A stretch of DNA of 62,990 nt, the filler included, from Choristocarpus tenellus KU-1152 (Eukaryota; Protista; Phaeophyceae): NCBI GenBank assembly GCA_964200185.2. It is 12 parts of 12 records of this genome, joined end to end, with 100 filler letters (N's around TTAATTAATTAA, not from the genome) between each part and the next. Parts side by side here need not be neighbours in the genome. Positions count along the whole stretch, not along the records: positions 31,769 to 50,063 come from CAXNAD020000568.1; 11 more parts are not named here. The stretch is one strand, 5' to 3'. Of the stretch, positions 37,188 through 50,063 are shown piece by piece (positions within the stretch are counted from its first letter, which is position 1; every line of letters starts with the position of its first letter). A model generated the notes under the pieces. The model did not search any database, was not told where the DNA came from, and was given only the letters and a program-made list of their open reading frames with translations. The position numbers and the translations under genes are program-made.

Positions 37188-40100
37188 ATGTTACTACTAC
37201 ATCGTAAACCCCTCGTCGACATTGGAAACACTACAAAATGGGAGGATGCTAGTCTCATGTTGACCTATGCAGACACTCAAGTCTGGTAAACAAATCTCGT
37301 AGCCACTCTACCCCAGGTATATCGATATTCCCTCATTTCAGGAACACCTACGAAGCAGTGACCGTGCTTTATTCTCCTACCAGACCACTAGGCCAAAGGA
37401 GACCTTTCGACAATGGTGTCAGTCGTCGAGAATCATATAGAGGGTTGTCTTCTATCCTACCACGATGTTTGGAGACGGCAAGGCCTGGTGAGCAGTCTTA
37501 CTCTCTACTAGAACCTCGTGAATTGTGGTCAATCCTTCAACACACTCTTTGACTCATATACTTCTTAGTTAAAAGGTCAACCATTTATTCGTCCTCTCAT
37601 CCTGTTGCGAGCTTGTAAGGAGTTCTTCCAGTATTGGCAAGAGCAAGATGGGCCATTGAGCCTGTTCAATCCCTACACAGGGGAAGTCATCTACGATTTG
37701 GATAGATGGGGTGCACCGATATCAGGAGCGCGAAAGTTCTCATGGTGGATAGAGCCAACACTGGGTGTACCCGAGGCAATACACGAGATTCCAATGAAAG
37801 AAGAGGTAAGCAAGAGTAAGGTGGGCGCAAATATATTTTTTATGAGGTTCCACTCATCTATATCGTACACTTCGCCCTTGGCCCTCTCATCCCGTTGCAT
37901 CTTGGGCATCGGGAACAGCAGTCCATTTTATCTTGTTCTTCTGTCCACGAGTCTGCAACCAATGTATGTGACTATCTCCACGGTTCATTTCAGTTGCTCC
38001 ATGATAATCAAGGACGCTTGAAAGACATGACGTACAAGACCAGGTGGAGTGCTTCAATAGTAATCCAGCGAATCGTTCGTGCAGGCCTGGCCAGGTGGAT
38101 GGTAGCGCGGGTTGTGTCGAGAGTGTGGAAAAAGGAGTACGACCCCGACAGTGGCTACTTTGCTTTCACACACATCATCACTGGCGAATTTCAGCACCAC
38201 AAGCCTTGGGGAATGGGCACCGCAGACCTGTGGAGTTCTTTCAGAGATAAAATCAACGAACATTTGCTAGGGCTGATACTTGGCACAGATGTGAGTCGTA
38301 TTGGTGCAGACAGGTTTTGATACCCAAACCTCCTTAAGCTGTTAGAGATCAAACCAGACATCAAACTTGTGTAGCCCCAATAAGCGTACCCTCTGAATGG
38401 CAGGTACAGCCTCACATACAAATCTAAAAGACCATGAAGTTTTTTGGTCACTTCACCTGCTTTATTATCTAGGTTGGGCTTGATTGCAGGTGTTGGAGTA
38501 TGTTACAATAGTAGTGTTTTACCTTTCCCATTACCCTCTTTGAAGCTGCAAAACTCGATACATTTATGGATATTTACAGGACTCTGTTGAGAAAGAGGAT
38601 GACGAGGATCCGAGATCATGGGAAGAATCAAAAAAGCAAAGGCACCGCCTCTACAAGATGTACAGGGATGGTGTGAGTGACACAAATTTGTGTATTCCAC
38701 ACTTTAATGCAAACATCCTGGAAGATGCATACCACAATGACCCTGTTCAAGGATTGATACCCTAAGGAAAGTCGCCACCACTGTTCCAAATCAATTACGT
38801 GCAGCAGAAACTGCATAAAAGCTGCCTTGAATATATTCACTACTTCGGTTAGTAATTGAATCGGGTGACTCTTGATGTATAAACCAATGGCTTCAGATAA
38901 AGTGTATTTTTGATACTTTTGTTCAGGAAGCATGACCAGACCTTCCCTCGTTTGATCAGGTGGATTATGAGTCAAACCAACTGAGAGGTAGGCTGAACTG
39001 CATTTTGAGGATCCTGAGATAGCGTCCATAAGATATCATTTTTTTATAATTCCAGAAAGAGCCTTTGCTGAATTGTGGTGTGATTTTTTGTGTGTAAAGG
39101 GGGAAATCTCAATTTTGTGTACACTATTGTGCACATAAAAAAAATGGAATAGAGTGATTGCACAGGTTAAGAAAAATGGCTTAGAATGCAAAATGGTCCA
39201 AATCTGCCTACCTGTCAATTGGTTTGGCTTTCAAGTTGAGGAAACACAATGAAGATGCTCCAACCCCATCTTCAAGCGTATAGTATTATCTATGCCTATA
39301 TGTTGAAGCACACACACACACATGCATTTGTGATTAATCACTTTATCCAGCAATAAGTTTTCACTTTGGCTTCTAACAGAACTGATTGTACACTGATGAT
39401 GTATTTTATTTGTGAATAGAGATTCAAGGAGGGGCCATACTGCTGTGTTTGTGGCCCAGGAAAAGCTAGGGAGACAAGGGTGACCAATGTTTTCATCTAC
39501 CCCAAGATTTACCATGCCATTGCACCTTTCCGACAACCCAGTGATCGTCAGTACGCATCCACCCGGATAGGCAGTTACATCACTTGCATGGACGGCCTGA
39601 GGGAGAAGCAGGCAAGAAGAGTATTGCCATAATATGAACAATGTGGAATATTGTGAATAAGAGTGAACGTATCTTGAGAGGGTACGAGTTTTGCCCTATT
39701 TGTCCATATGGGGCTTGGCTTCCCACAGTTTTTTAAACGACATTTTCCTACTCCGAAATATCTCGTAGAAGGTAAAATGTATACATTGTGAAAAGGTGTG
39801 TCCGGAACAAGGATATTGACATCTCCTAACAAAAACGATAGCCAAAATTACATCAAAATTGCAATATTGGATTTTGGCCCACAAACGGACGCGGCTCTAC
39901 CCTCTAAGATACTTTGACTCTAAAGTGAAGTTACCTTGCAATAGGATACAGGCTACATTTTTCTTTATTGCAGGGTGATATTTGACCCCGGGCTATTGTG
40001 GCCTGTGATGCCAACGTGCTCCAAGAGTGGAAATAGTTTATCAAGACCTGTGGCATTAGACTCAGCAAAAGGGCTCCTGGCACACATGTCTCTGCTGCTG

Positions 40101-43100
40101 TTTATGCTATTTGCTATAGATGTTTAATTCCATCGCCTGGGACCATTGTAGTCATGGAACTTTTTAGAAGAAGAGATGCAGAGCTAGGTAGATTTTATTT
40201 GCACCTGTGACAGTAAGTTATGACTAATCCCAATATCTACGCTCCATACTTATTACTTATTGCAAACATCACATGCTTATTCCACATTCTTGGCCATTTA
40301 CCACTCAGTCAACCTCATCTTGCGGGAAAAGCAACATGCATAAACTCACACACACATATATATACGTATTGGATTCATAGCAATACTTGTAACACAGTAT
40401 AGAATGAACAGTAGCAATGAGAATAAGATTGTTCTACAAAGAGAGCTTGTTCTACACCAACAGAACGGCCTGAATTCCACATCCAGCCAATCAATCAAGA
40501 CAGGAAAACACACACACACGTACACATCCATTTAAAAAAAAATGTCTTACAACTTTCCTGTGCCATGTTTCTCACGGCATTACTGACCTAAGAAATATCT
40601 ACTCTCCTGTCAAAAAATAAATAAATATCTATAATTACCGATGAGCGGTACTTCTCTTATGCTGTTGGGACCACTTTGGATGGCAGATAGCAGTAGATCC
40701 CTACTTCCTTGTGCGAAATGCCAAGGAGCAGGGTACGATGGCGGTGATATCCTTGATGGACAAGCATAGCAACAACATAACCATGGCAGGCATTGGCTTG
40801 CAGTGCATGGCGGGATCCCTGATCGAGGGTGAGAGGAGGATGTTTGTAGTGTCAGGACCCTTGTGTTGCAGGACCGCATGTGCTTGCCATGATGGTCCAA
40901 TGTCAGAAGTAGTTGTGTAGAAGTTGCGGAGTGTATGTTCAGAGCTATTACCGTTTGTCTTCAGAATTTTCTTCTCAACCCTTTCTGTGCATTTTCGAGG
41001 CCTAGAAGATACATGGATGATCTTGAAGTTCTGTAGAGTTTTTTTTTCTATCACATGTTTTTGAAGTTGCATTCGTGTACGCAAAGTCCATAGTGAGTGT
41101 CTCGGAGACAGAAGGCATTCTTGGCCTCTAGTGTTACATAATTATATATAAATATATCGTCTCAAATCTGTACCACCAGTGTGTGTGTTACCCTGTTCAA
41201 TAACAGCCTCTGCTCTCTGATATCCAAATCGTTAAGCAATCGAGCACTACTTGAATACTTCAGTATCTATATTGTGTAGTATATTGACAGGAGAAAAAAT
41301 ACGCTACGTAGTACTCTGGAGCCTATAATGATGTCTGACTAACCACTACATAGAGTCTGTAGCTTCACTTTGCAGGGAAGATACTTACATGAAATAGAGC
41401 CACATTCTACAGAACATAGGTAGAATTTCGACTATGACAACCTTTTCAGCCCCACTACGTTGGTTATTTTGACAATTGTTGTTGCGAAAAATTGCTGCTA
41501 TAACAATTGTTTCCTTTAATATCAGCAATACATGATTAATGCTCTTTCTGCATCCCTCCCGTTACGGTCCCTGCCCAACTGTCCCCTCCCCCCCCCAGAG
41601 GACGAAGCTGGGGCTCTGACCAAAGGCCAGCAAAAGTACATCTCCAAGTCGTTAGAACTACTCCGCATTCACAGCAACGTGGAGTGGATACAAGCTGAAG
41701 CCTGCTCAGCCTTGGCGTCCATGTCAAGCGCCCTATCAGTCAGGAGAGAGCTAGAAAAGGAACATCCTGATTGGCTGGAAGATGTGACAATGACCCTGAT
41801 GCAAATCAAAACCGTGACCCAGGTGGTGAAGAGCATAGACTCCGCCGGAAAGGAAACTTGGTGAGTCAACACCAAGTTTACAGTTACACCTAGATATTTG
41901 CGCTGCGGTCAGACTCACTGCCGCCCTTGGTGCTGGTGGGGGCTGGGCATCGCCAGGGGACAGGGTGTGTGTGATTGGAGACATAGCATGAACATGTATG
42001 TCCGTTTTTGTTCATGTGTCTCGATGTTGCAATTGTAGATTATTAGAGACAAATCATCCTACCTCAAAGTATAGGGGGGGTTGCAATTGTTCACAAGGGA
42101 CCTCTCATACCGCTTTTCTGAATTTGGCAAAATTTGAAACTTGTGTGCGGGATTGACACAAGTTGAAAAAAATAATTCGTTTTTGTGATCTGAACACACC
42201 ATCTACATCTACAGACTCTTCATGGGGGCTATTTGGATTTGGGCCATGGAAATGGTGTGGGTGTCAGACACAACACTTTTAACGCCACTTATGTAGAAAT
42301 TGACCAAAATCCATCACCCCCTATGATGCTTGATACTTCAGTCCTAAATTCTTTCTATCCTTCTACCTCTCTCTGTTCCTGTTTTCGATTTTTGCGTATT
42401 CTTGATTTCTTTCCACCTTATCTCTCCCTCTCTCCACTTTGTAATATCTCCTTAAAAAAAATGAATGAAGACCCAAAATATCTTGGGGGGGGGGGGGGCC
42501 TACACCAGGGTGCCCATCTGGGTTCGGAAGAGCCAAAAATCGTGACATGAAAAAATTGATCCCAACTGGACAGCCGCCACTCCCTCCTAGATAATTTGAG
42601 CCTGAATCGTGATAGTAATGTGTTCTAACACCATTCAGAGCATATTTTTTCTTTTGAACAGCGTCACCTTTGTTACCCTCCATACCAGACAGCTGCAGTC
42701 AGGCAAGAACCAAGTGAATGTAACAACCACACTGTTAGAGCACTGTAGATAAAGTACAAATTGAGAGAGTCAAAGTAAACGAGAGGGTATCCACTCTTTG
42801 GACGTTTTTTGCCTTATAAGCCAGCTTCTCGTTTTTTTTGGAATCCCACTCATAATTCTATGGGTGAAGTTGTGAGTTCGACTGGAGAGGGATGGTTTCT
42901 CTATTGTTCGAAAAAATTTCGACACGATTCGGAAAACATCATGTTCAAATTTGTAAACAATGCCAATTTTTGCACATACTTTGGTGTTGTCGTTGAGATG
43001 AAACTCTTGGTACCTCTCGGCTGCTTTGACTCTGAGGCGTTACTATACCACCACAACATTATTTCGAGTTTAAGAATAAGGCTCAAAGTATCTGGGAAGG

Positions 43101-46100
43101 GGTGGCGGCTGTCCTTTTGGGGTCAATTTTTCATATCGCAATTTTTGGGTGATTTGGTTGCCATACGTCGGATGGATAATGCAAATGCACTTTTCCTAAT
43201 TTTGGTCCAAATGGACACCCTTGTGTAGACTCCCCCCCACCCCCCCCCCCCACCTCCCCTCCTAACGATGGTTTTTTTTTCTTTCCCTCCATTCTCTCTT
43301 ACGTAACAGGTAGGTGGAACCTTCATACATTTGGCAGTCCTTTGTTTGGCAGGGAACGAATATTGGTGGTCATTTCGTTTAGCACCAAGATCAAGCTCTG
43401 CTGGGCGGATTGCGGCCAACGGGAGATGCTACCCTAACCCTAACCCTAACCCTAACTCAGAATTTTCGCTGGGAATTAAACTAATCCCACTTCACACACA
43501 TACCCTTTCAACTAGTGGATCAAGTAAGAGATGTAGTAGTACAAGGATAGCCATATTTGGTATTGATAGCATACATGCTTTGACTGGCTGCTGATTATCA
43601 ACTTTGTAAAATTCCAACGCTCGTGGGCAAGGGTGTTTGGAAGGCGTGGAGGGGTCAGTTTTGGTTGGCTCCAGACTGTAATTGTTTTTGTAGATTGAGT
43701 GGAAACAGAGCGAAAGTATCTTAGAGGGTAGAGCCGCGTCCATTTGGGGACACAATCCAATGTTCCCATTTTGATGTAATTTTGGCCATCGTGTTTGTTA
43801 GGAAGTGTCAACATCCTTGTTCCGGATACACATTTCATGACATACACATTTTACCTACTCCGAGATATTTGGGAGCAGGAAAATGTCATAAAAAAACCCA
43901 GGGGAAGCCAAGCCCCAAATGGACAAACAGGGCAAAACTTGTACCCTCTAAGATACTTTCACTCAACATGTGTGCTTTGATTTTCTTGTGTGTGAACGAT
44001 AGAAAAGATGTGGTAGATTCTTAGAAGTCTGGATTGGTTTACATGGGTTGAAGAAGGCATACTTTGTAGATTGGAGTTGGCAGTGTAAATGATCTTTAGA
44101 AAACACACACACTCACACACACACACACACACATCTATCTCAGTTTGTATGTATGTATGAATAGAGCGGGAGATCGACACGCAGATGTCGTAACACTTGA
44201 ACATCGCTAAACCATATCCATTCATCAGAGACTGGGTAAGGATACTGGTGACACGGCTCGGTAGCAAACTTACAATTTGTTTTATTCTTTTTTCTAGTTT
44301 GAGAGTGTGAGTAGCTGGTTATCACTTCCAAGTGCAGCACAGAACAACAATGCCAAGAAGAAGTGTTTTTTTTTTTCGTTTTTTGATGTTCGATGGGATT
44401 GGATAGTCAAGTAGGATTCAACAGAAGAGCCCAAAGCGTTGTACAACAGTCGTTTCTTATAAACCATGGCACGTCTTCACTCAGAAGCCAGCTAGTCCAG
44501 ATCGTGTGCGATTTCAAAGGTATCACATAGTTTAGTTTGTTTACTAGGGTAGAAGAAAAAATAAATACACTCTGGAGCATAACAGTGCGCACAAAAAATC
44601 GGGTGAGAGTATTCTTGCCTCAAAACGCCTTGATTGTGAAGGATGAGTGTAACAGTGCTAAACCGTAGTGGTTGCATCCTTTCAGCATTCCCTTCCTCGA
44701 CCACAACACCCATTGGATTGTTGCCATTTGCCGTGTCATCTTGACCCTCCTCTCCCCTTGCACGAAAACCCAGGCACAACTCCCAAGTGGCCTCACCGCT
44801 GTCCCACCAAATAGCACTTTATGGCTGCAGAATCTTAGCCAATATGGCGTGTGACGGTGGGTCAGCAGGTTTTGTCACTCGGAAACGAATCGCTCTTTCC
44901 AAGCTGATTTCTTGTTTGCAGGTCTGGTTTAGGGTTCGGGTTCAGAGGTTAGGGCGAAGGGTATCCTTTAATCATACTAATACATGATCGATCAACCAAT
45001 GGCAGTAGTAGGGTAAGGGGTTAGGGTAGGGGGTTAGGGTTAGGGTGTGGGTGAGGACCAACGATCCCAGGAAGTGATTGGTGTAGTCAGGACAGCTGTG
45101 CAAGAAGTAGGAATAGTTGTGCTCCTGAGGGTCAAGCTGTAGACAAGGGGGGACCCTCAACAAGATCAATCCAACAGCACATGCCCCTCATTAGCTTCAG
45201 ATGGCTTGTATACCTTCCTGTGTCTCCACCACTGGTGAAGGCTGTTAGACAAGTGCCACCTCTGAAAAAGCTCAATACTTTGACCTTGATTATTGCCACC
45301 TGAGGTAGGAGATACCCGCGAAAAGGTCGCGTGCAACTCTGTCACGTCGGTGATCCATGTAACGACATTAATTCCTGACGATCCTGACCTGGCCATGACC
45401 GTAGCAACCACACTGTACAACTTTGTGAACCGAAGAGGTGAGAGTGTAAAATAATAATAAGAGAGTAGTGACGAGGATTGCAACAGTGTTTTCGCAACTA
45501 CTGCAAGAAAAATAGGAGTATAATAATAACAGCGATCGAACCGATATCACAACACAGTAGTAGTGGAAACTGCACCACGAACCAATCGAATCGTCTCAGC
45601 GGATATTTGTAGGCTCTTGTCTTTGGTGTATATGTATTTACGTATATATATAGAGAGAGAGATGTTGACTAATTGTTTTGATTTTTCGTATCGTATCTCA
45701 CGACCTGAAAGTCAAAATATTATTTTTACCGCATTAATTTTAAGTATTGATCTTGAGGTGACATTAGCCTATTGTAGTACACCATTCAAGCCTAAACTCC
45801 CTGTTCAAACAGTCAGCAAGTCAATGCGAGGGCATGGATGGGTGGGAAAAACTAAACACGGAGATCCATGATAAGAGTCACTCTGGATGAATGTGTTCAA
45901 TGACTACAACTGATATGTTTTTCCCATCGTGTGAATGTGATGAACAACGGAGAAAAAAAAACTATCACGTGCCAAGTGGATGTGTTTTAAACGGAGAGGT
46001 TGAACCAAACATACTGGGTGGAAGTGCATCCTACCCCAAAGACTGTGTACACCACATGGAAGTGGGTGTAGCTGGCTGACTTGAGATTCACTTGTCTCTG

Positions 46101-48435
46101 GGTGTGCAAAAGGGCAGCCCAATTGATGGCAGGCTTTGCTTTGTAGCTAACAGAGTTTATTTTGCCGCCTAATTAATAATTTAAAAGAAAGTACAATTGC
46201 AGAACAGTAACTTCTGAGTCAAAGTAAAAGAGATTTACCCAGGGTTCAACTCTAAGGATGCCGGCAAATATGTGCAAAATTCAATTTTTTTCAAATGCGC
46301 GTAGGATATTTTCCGAGTTGTGTCGAAAAGCTTCAAATAGTGCAGAAATCGACCGGGGAAAATCAAACTTAGCACCTCATCCATAGAAATATGAGTGAAA
46401 CGGCAAGAGATTGAAAAATTGGCATATATATAATGCAAAACGCCCAAAAACTGGGTACCTCCCTTTTACTTTGACTCTTCTGTAATCTGAAAAATGGAGC
46501 TTAGAGACGACTACATGCTGTGCCTGACAAAGTAGTGATTTGCAGGGCCCACAAATGCACAAGTTGTTGCCATTAGCTCTCTTCTGCTTCAGGGCTAGGG
46601 CTAAGCTAACCCTAGTCAAAAATGATGATATGATACCAGTTTCCTGAGCTTGTATTGGATGCAGAAATTTTCAAAACTCCAGATGAGGAAGTTAGCCTTG
46701 CCTCATATCGTGGGCTACTCTACCTCTCAAGTCTTTCAAGAGACAATGTATGGACTGACTCATCGCCCAACTCACACTATTCCAGAATGAGATATGAGAA
46801 CTGTTATTCACACCTCATGTTCCAAACCAATGGATCTACTTCGACTCCTATAGTGAACGAACAGCACATCTCTATCAAATCAAGGCACTACAGGCTCAGC
46901 GCTTCTATTTCGAAAGCAATGTCGTATCACACAAGCAATCAATCATAACTGTTGAGGAGCACCTCCAACGTGTGTTCCGCTAGCATGTGAGTAGCCTTCT
47001 AAGGTTTCTCCATGTTTGTTGTGGACCAACTTCATCCACCCTTAACATTTATCTCTGACACATGTATGATCACCAACACAGCTCCTTGACACACCTTTCG
47101 ATTCCATTCCCAAAAGAAACTGCACACACAGTGGTGGTAGAAGCTGGTGCTGTTGAAGCGTTGGAGCTTGTCCTCAGCAATCTACATCCAGCCAAACACA
47201 AAGAGAGAGAGCTTGTACAGAGGGCACTGATAGCTCTGATGCCTCAGGGATGGCGAGGTGTCAACCACGGGCAAGATGCGGAGGTTTGTACAGAAGGGAG
47301 AAAGCACTCCTGTCTGAATATGTCTTCAAAACTGATCCGAAGAGAGTTGCGGTTTGGATCATTCCTTGTCAGGTCTTTCACTCCTTGGAAGCAATTTTCG
47401 CGCATTCAGTTTGGTTGGAGTAGTTTTTCTTACTGTAATATTGTTCTAATTGATTAAATGTTCTTCTATCCGTCACAACAAAAGAGTCGTGTCAAGTTGA
47501 AGACAGGACGTGTGTTACAAAAAGCGACACTTACACTAATAAAATTGTCTATATGCCCCCATTGGTCCAATAGGATACATTCATGGTTGTAGTCTTCCCT
47601 GCCTCCCATTATGGTATTTTTTTTTGTACTCATTGACATTTTTTAGTATATACTACAATGTTCAAGGCATGTATGGATTTGGACATTGCTAAGTAAAAGT
47701 AGGGAAGCCAGCGAAATAGCACTACTGCTACCACAAGTATCCATGCTGAGATAATATCACAACTCATAAGAAACGTTGTAATTCACTGCCAGTGAGAGCA
47801 GGGTTGCGGCATGTTTCGCGACAATTTAGGAAAATATCTATACTCCAGGACGTATTTACTCCATATCTTCTTGCTCAAGAAGTTCAACTCATGCTTGCAA
47901 CATATGCCGGATAAAATGTGCATTTGATGTTGTCTTGGGATGGGGTACGTTCTCTATGGAAGGCATCTGTGATCAGTTCAGATATTCATTCCTCTGGCAG
48001 TAATGGAACCACCCTCTCATTCTCAGGACTGGCTCACTAAACTAACTGTTGTGCATCAGTCGCTTTTTTAAAGAAGCTATTTTTATTACCTTTGTATGTT
48101 TGGAAAGAAACATCTACAAGCCGAAAATATTTGTCTTTTTCAATGGAATAAGCGGTAAGAAACTCTTAGTCAGTGGTATGGATTTCCCCTGCTCAGTAAA
48201 TCTTGACATCACAAATTGAGCATTACATTACACATTTCATTGAGTATGATGGATATCTAACCATATCCTACCTGTAGAAAGGTGAACACTCTGTTGACTT
48301 CCCTTTATCCCCCCACAGGCAAACACAGTTTACGAAGATATCAACAGAGAAGAGGGCACCAGCGCATCTCAAACGGAGTCCAGCATATTTTTCTCTTCAA
48401 CCGATGACAATACTTCGCAAACAGCAGTGACATGA
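37188..48435 (+). CDS. IQ-motif + WW-like + Armadillo-repeat protein (multi-exon, partly resolved)
   Basis: Well-supported exons: ~37620-37805, 37994-38290 (SIVIQRIVRAGLARW IQ motif; WKKEYDPDSGYFAFTHIITGEFQHHKP WW-like), 40687-40828, 41599-41860, 44774-44856, 47117-47283 (joins as RILANMACD-ETAHTVVVEAGAVEAL, ARM), terminal 48319-48435. The 5' exons (37188-37286, from 37342) and the 38470-40200 region are uncertain. Confidence 0.75.
38969..39230 (+). mobile_element. MITE family C (GAGTCAAACCAA termini)
   Basis: 262 bp; homologous to 60557-60809 (shared attccagaaagagcctttgctga). Confidence 0.8.
39661..39920 (-). mobile_element. MITE family A
   Basis: 260-bp reverse copy, gagtgaacgtatcttgagagggta...taccctctaagatactttgactc. 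Confidence 0.9.
42470..42602 (+). mobile_element. MITE family D (G-run termini) with 4-bp TSD TGAA
   Basis: tgaa|gacccaaaatatcttggggg...ctagataatttgagcc|tgaa; related copies at 43080-43255 (-) and 49420-49592; fragments at 1-18, 7801-7828, 15792-15859, 49933-49960, 59472-59510. Confidence 0.8.
42767..43032 (+). mobile_element. MITE family B (GAGTCAAAGTAAA termini)
   Basis: 266 bp; inverted homolog of 46216-46477. Confidence 0.8.
43080..43255 (-). mobile_element. MITE family D
   Basis: Reverse complement of 49420-49592 (e.g. ggatggataatgcaaatgcacttttcct). Confidence 0.8.
43431..43457 (+). repeat. Interstitial telomere-like (CCCTAA)4
   Basis: accctaaccctaaccctaaccctaac; similar TTAGGG tracts at ~45012-45046, 55696-55720, 30476-30492. 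Confidence 0.7.
43708..43964 (+). mobile_element. MITE family A with 4-bp TSD AACA
   Basis: aaca|gagcgaaagtatcttagagggta...taccctctaagatactttcactc|aaca, 257 bp. Confidence 0.92.
46216..46477 (-). mobile_element. MITE family B with 4-bp TSD TTCT
   Basis: ttct|gagtcaaagtaaaag...cttttactttgactc|ttct, 262 bp. Confidence 0.88.
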
Positions 48436-49419
48436 CTTTATGGCACAGATAATAATATGGCAAGCATTCTTGAATATGTTCTACACCTTCCCATGTATGG
48501 ACAAACGTGTCCCCCTTGTTCATGGATGATCAAGACTGTGGCTACAACTGCGCAGTGTGCTGCTCCTGTTTCCATCCTACGACCACCAAAGGGGGGGTGG
48601 ATATCTACTGTGGCAACATATAACTGATTGACACACAAAAATAATAGGTAGGGCTGAACCAGTCCTGTGGGGCAACATGCATTGGGTCATACACTGGTAG
48701 TACTACTCTTTCATACTACATAATATTTCTTGCATGCTCTAGATCAGATTAATACAAGTTGGGCACAGCAAAGGAGGAGGAGTAGACATGTATCTCAAAG
48801 CCAAAGGATCCTCGAGGTAACTGCATATCAGGAGTCTGTGGATTAAAAGGTGTGTTCAGATCAAGGAAATAATATTTTCTGACTGCATGGTCCCATACAT
48901 AGCATCAAATCCAGAAGGCAGTCACAGAGACTCCTTACAATCAATGGTACCCTGTATAGGATAACTTGGCTGTCATCCCTTTTCTATCCTGTCTATTGAG
49001 TGGGGGAGCGGTGAGAACTCCATTTCATCCAATTGTACTACTCTAGAGCAAGTGCAACCTACAGTAGTCTTGTAAAGCTGTGATCACCTACTCCGAGAAA
49101 GATGAAGTACAGCACTATAGCTAGAGGGGGGGGAGGTTATCTACAACTAACCATCTCTTTGGGGGTGTGGGTCCCTTGGGTTGGGATGAAGAACAGTGTT
49201 CAAAACATTGCATACACATGAAATTGGAAAATCGAACCACATTGCCTTCGGTTCTGCGACATTCATAACCACTAGGAGAATGTTGTTCTACAATTGTACT
49301 ACTACAATTGTACTACTACTAGTACTACTACTACTACTGCCACTGTTGTGGATATAGGAAATCCTAGGTGGATGGTTTGGGGTTGGTTATGCTAGTAGTG
49401 TTGCTATCGCGCACATTTC

Positions 49420-49592
49420 ATCTGGGGGGGAGTGGGTGGGGGGTCTACACCAGGGTGTCCGTTTGGGTCATAACCAGGAAAAGTGCATTTACATTATCCA
49501 TCTGACGTACGCAACCAAATCACCCAAAAATTGCAACAAAGAATAATTGACCCCAAATGGACAGCCGCCACCCCCCCAGATACTTTGAGCCC
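49420..49592 (+). mobile_element. MITE family D
   Basis: atctggggggg...ctacaccagggtgtcc...cccccccagatactttgagccc. Confidence 0.8.
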
Positions 49593-49964
49593 AACCAAGC
49601 CTGCGAATCTCGTAAGATGGTCTACGGTGGATAACACATATTTTGCACCATCTGACGTGGTCTTACAATCAACTAGGTTAATATCAAGCCGTTGAAACGG
49701 ATGTGTAACGGGCGCATGTCCTGTAGGTAGCGGGGTAGGAGTGTGAGAGGTCTCCCGTCTTTGACATGACTGGCAAGTTTCAAACCACCTCCTAAAGTCT
49801 TTATGTAAGGTCGGGCACCAAAAACCATCTCTAACGCTGTCAAGCGTGTTCTTGAAAGCAAAATGGCCTTCAACTTTATGGTCATGTAGGGCATGTCAAA
49901 TTAAACCCTGGACTTCTGTTGGGGCTACTAACGACCCAAAGTACCTGGGGGGGCGGGGCGATCT

Positions 49965-50063
49965 GAGCCAAAGTATCTTGGAGGGTAGGGCCACGTCCAT
50001 TTGGGGGCCAAAATCCAATGTTGCGATTTTGACGTAATTTTGGTTCTCGTGTTTGTTAGGAAG
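49965..50063 (+). mobile_element. MITE family A, truncated by contig end
   Basis: gagccaaagtatcttggagggtagggcc...tgttaggaag. Confidence 0.85.
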
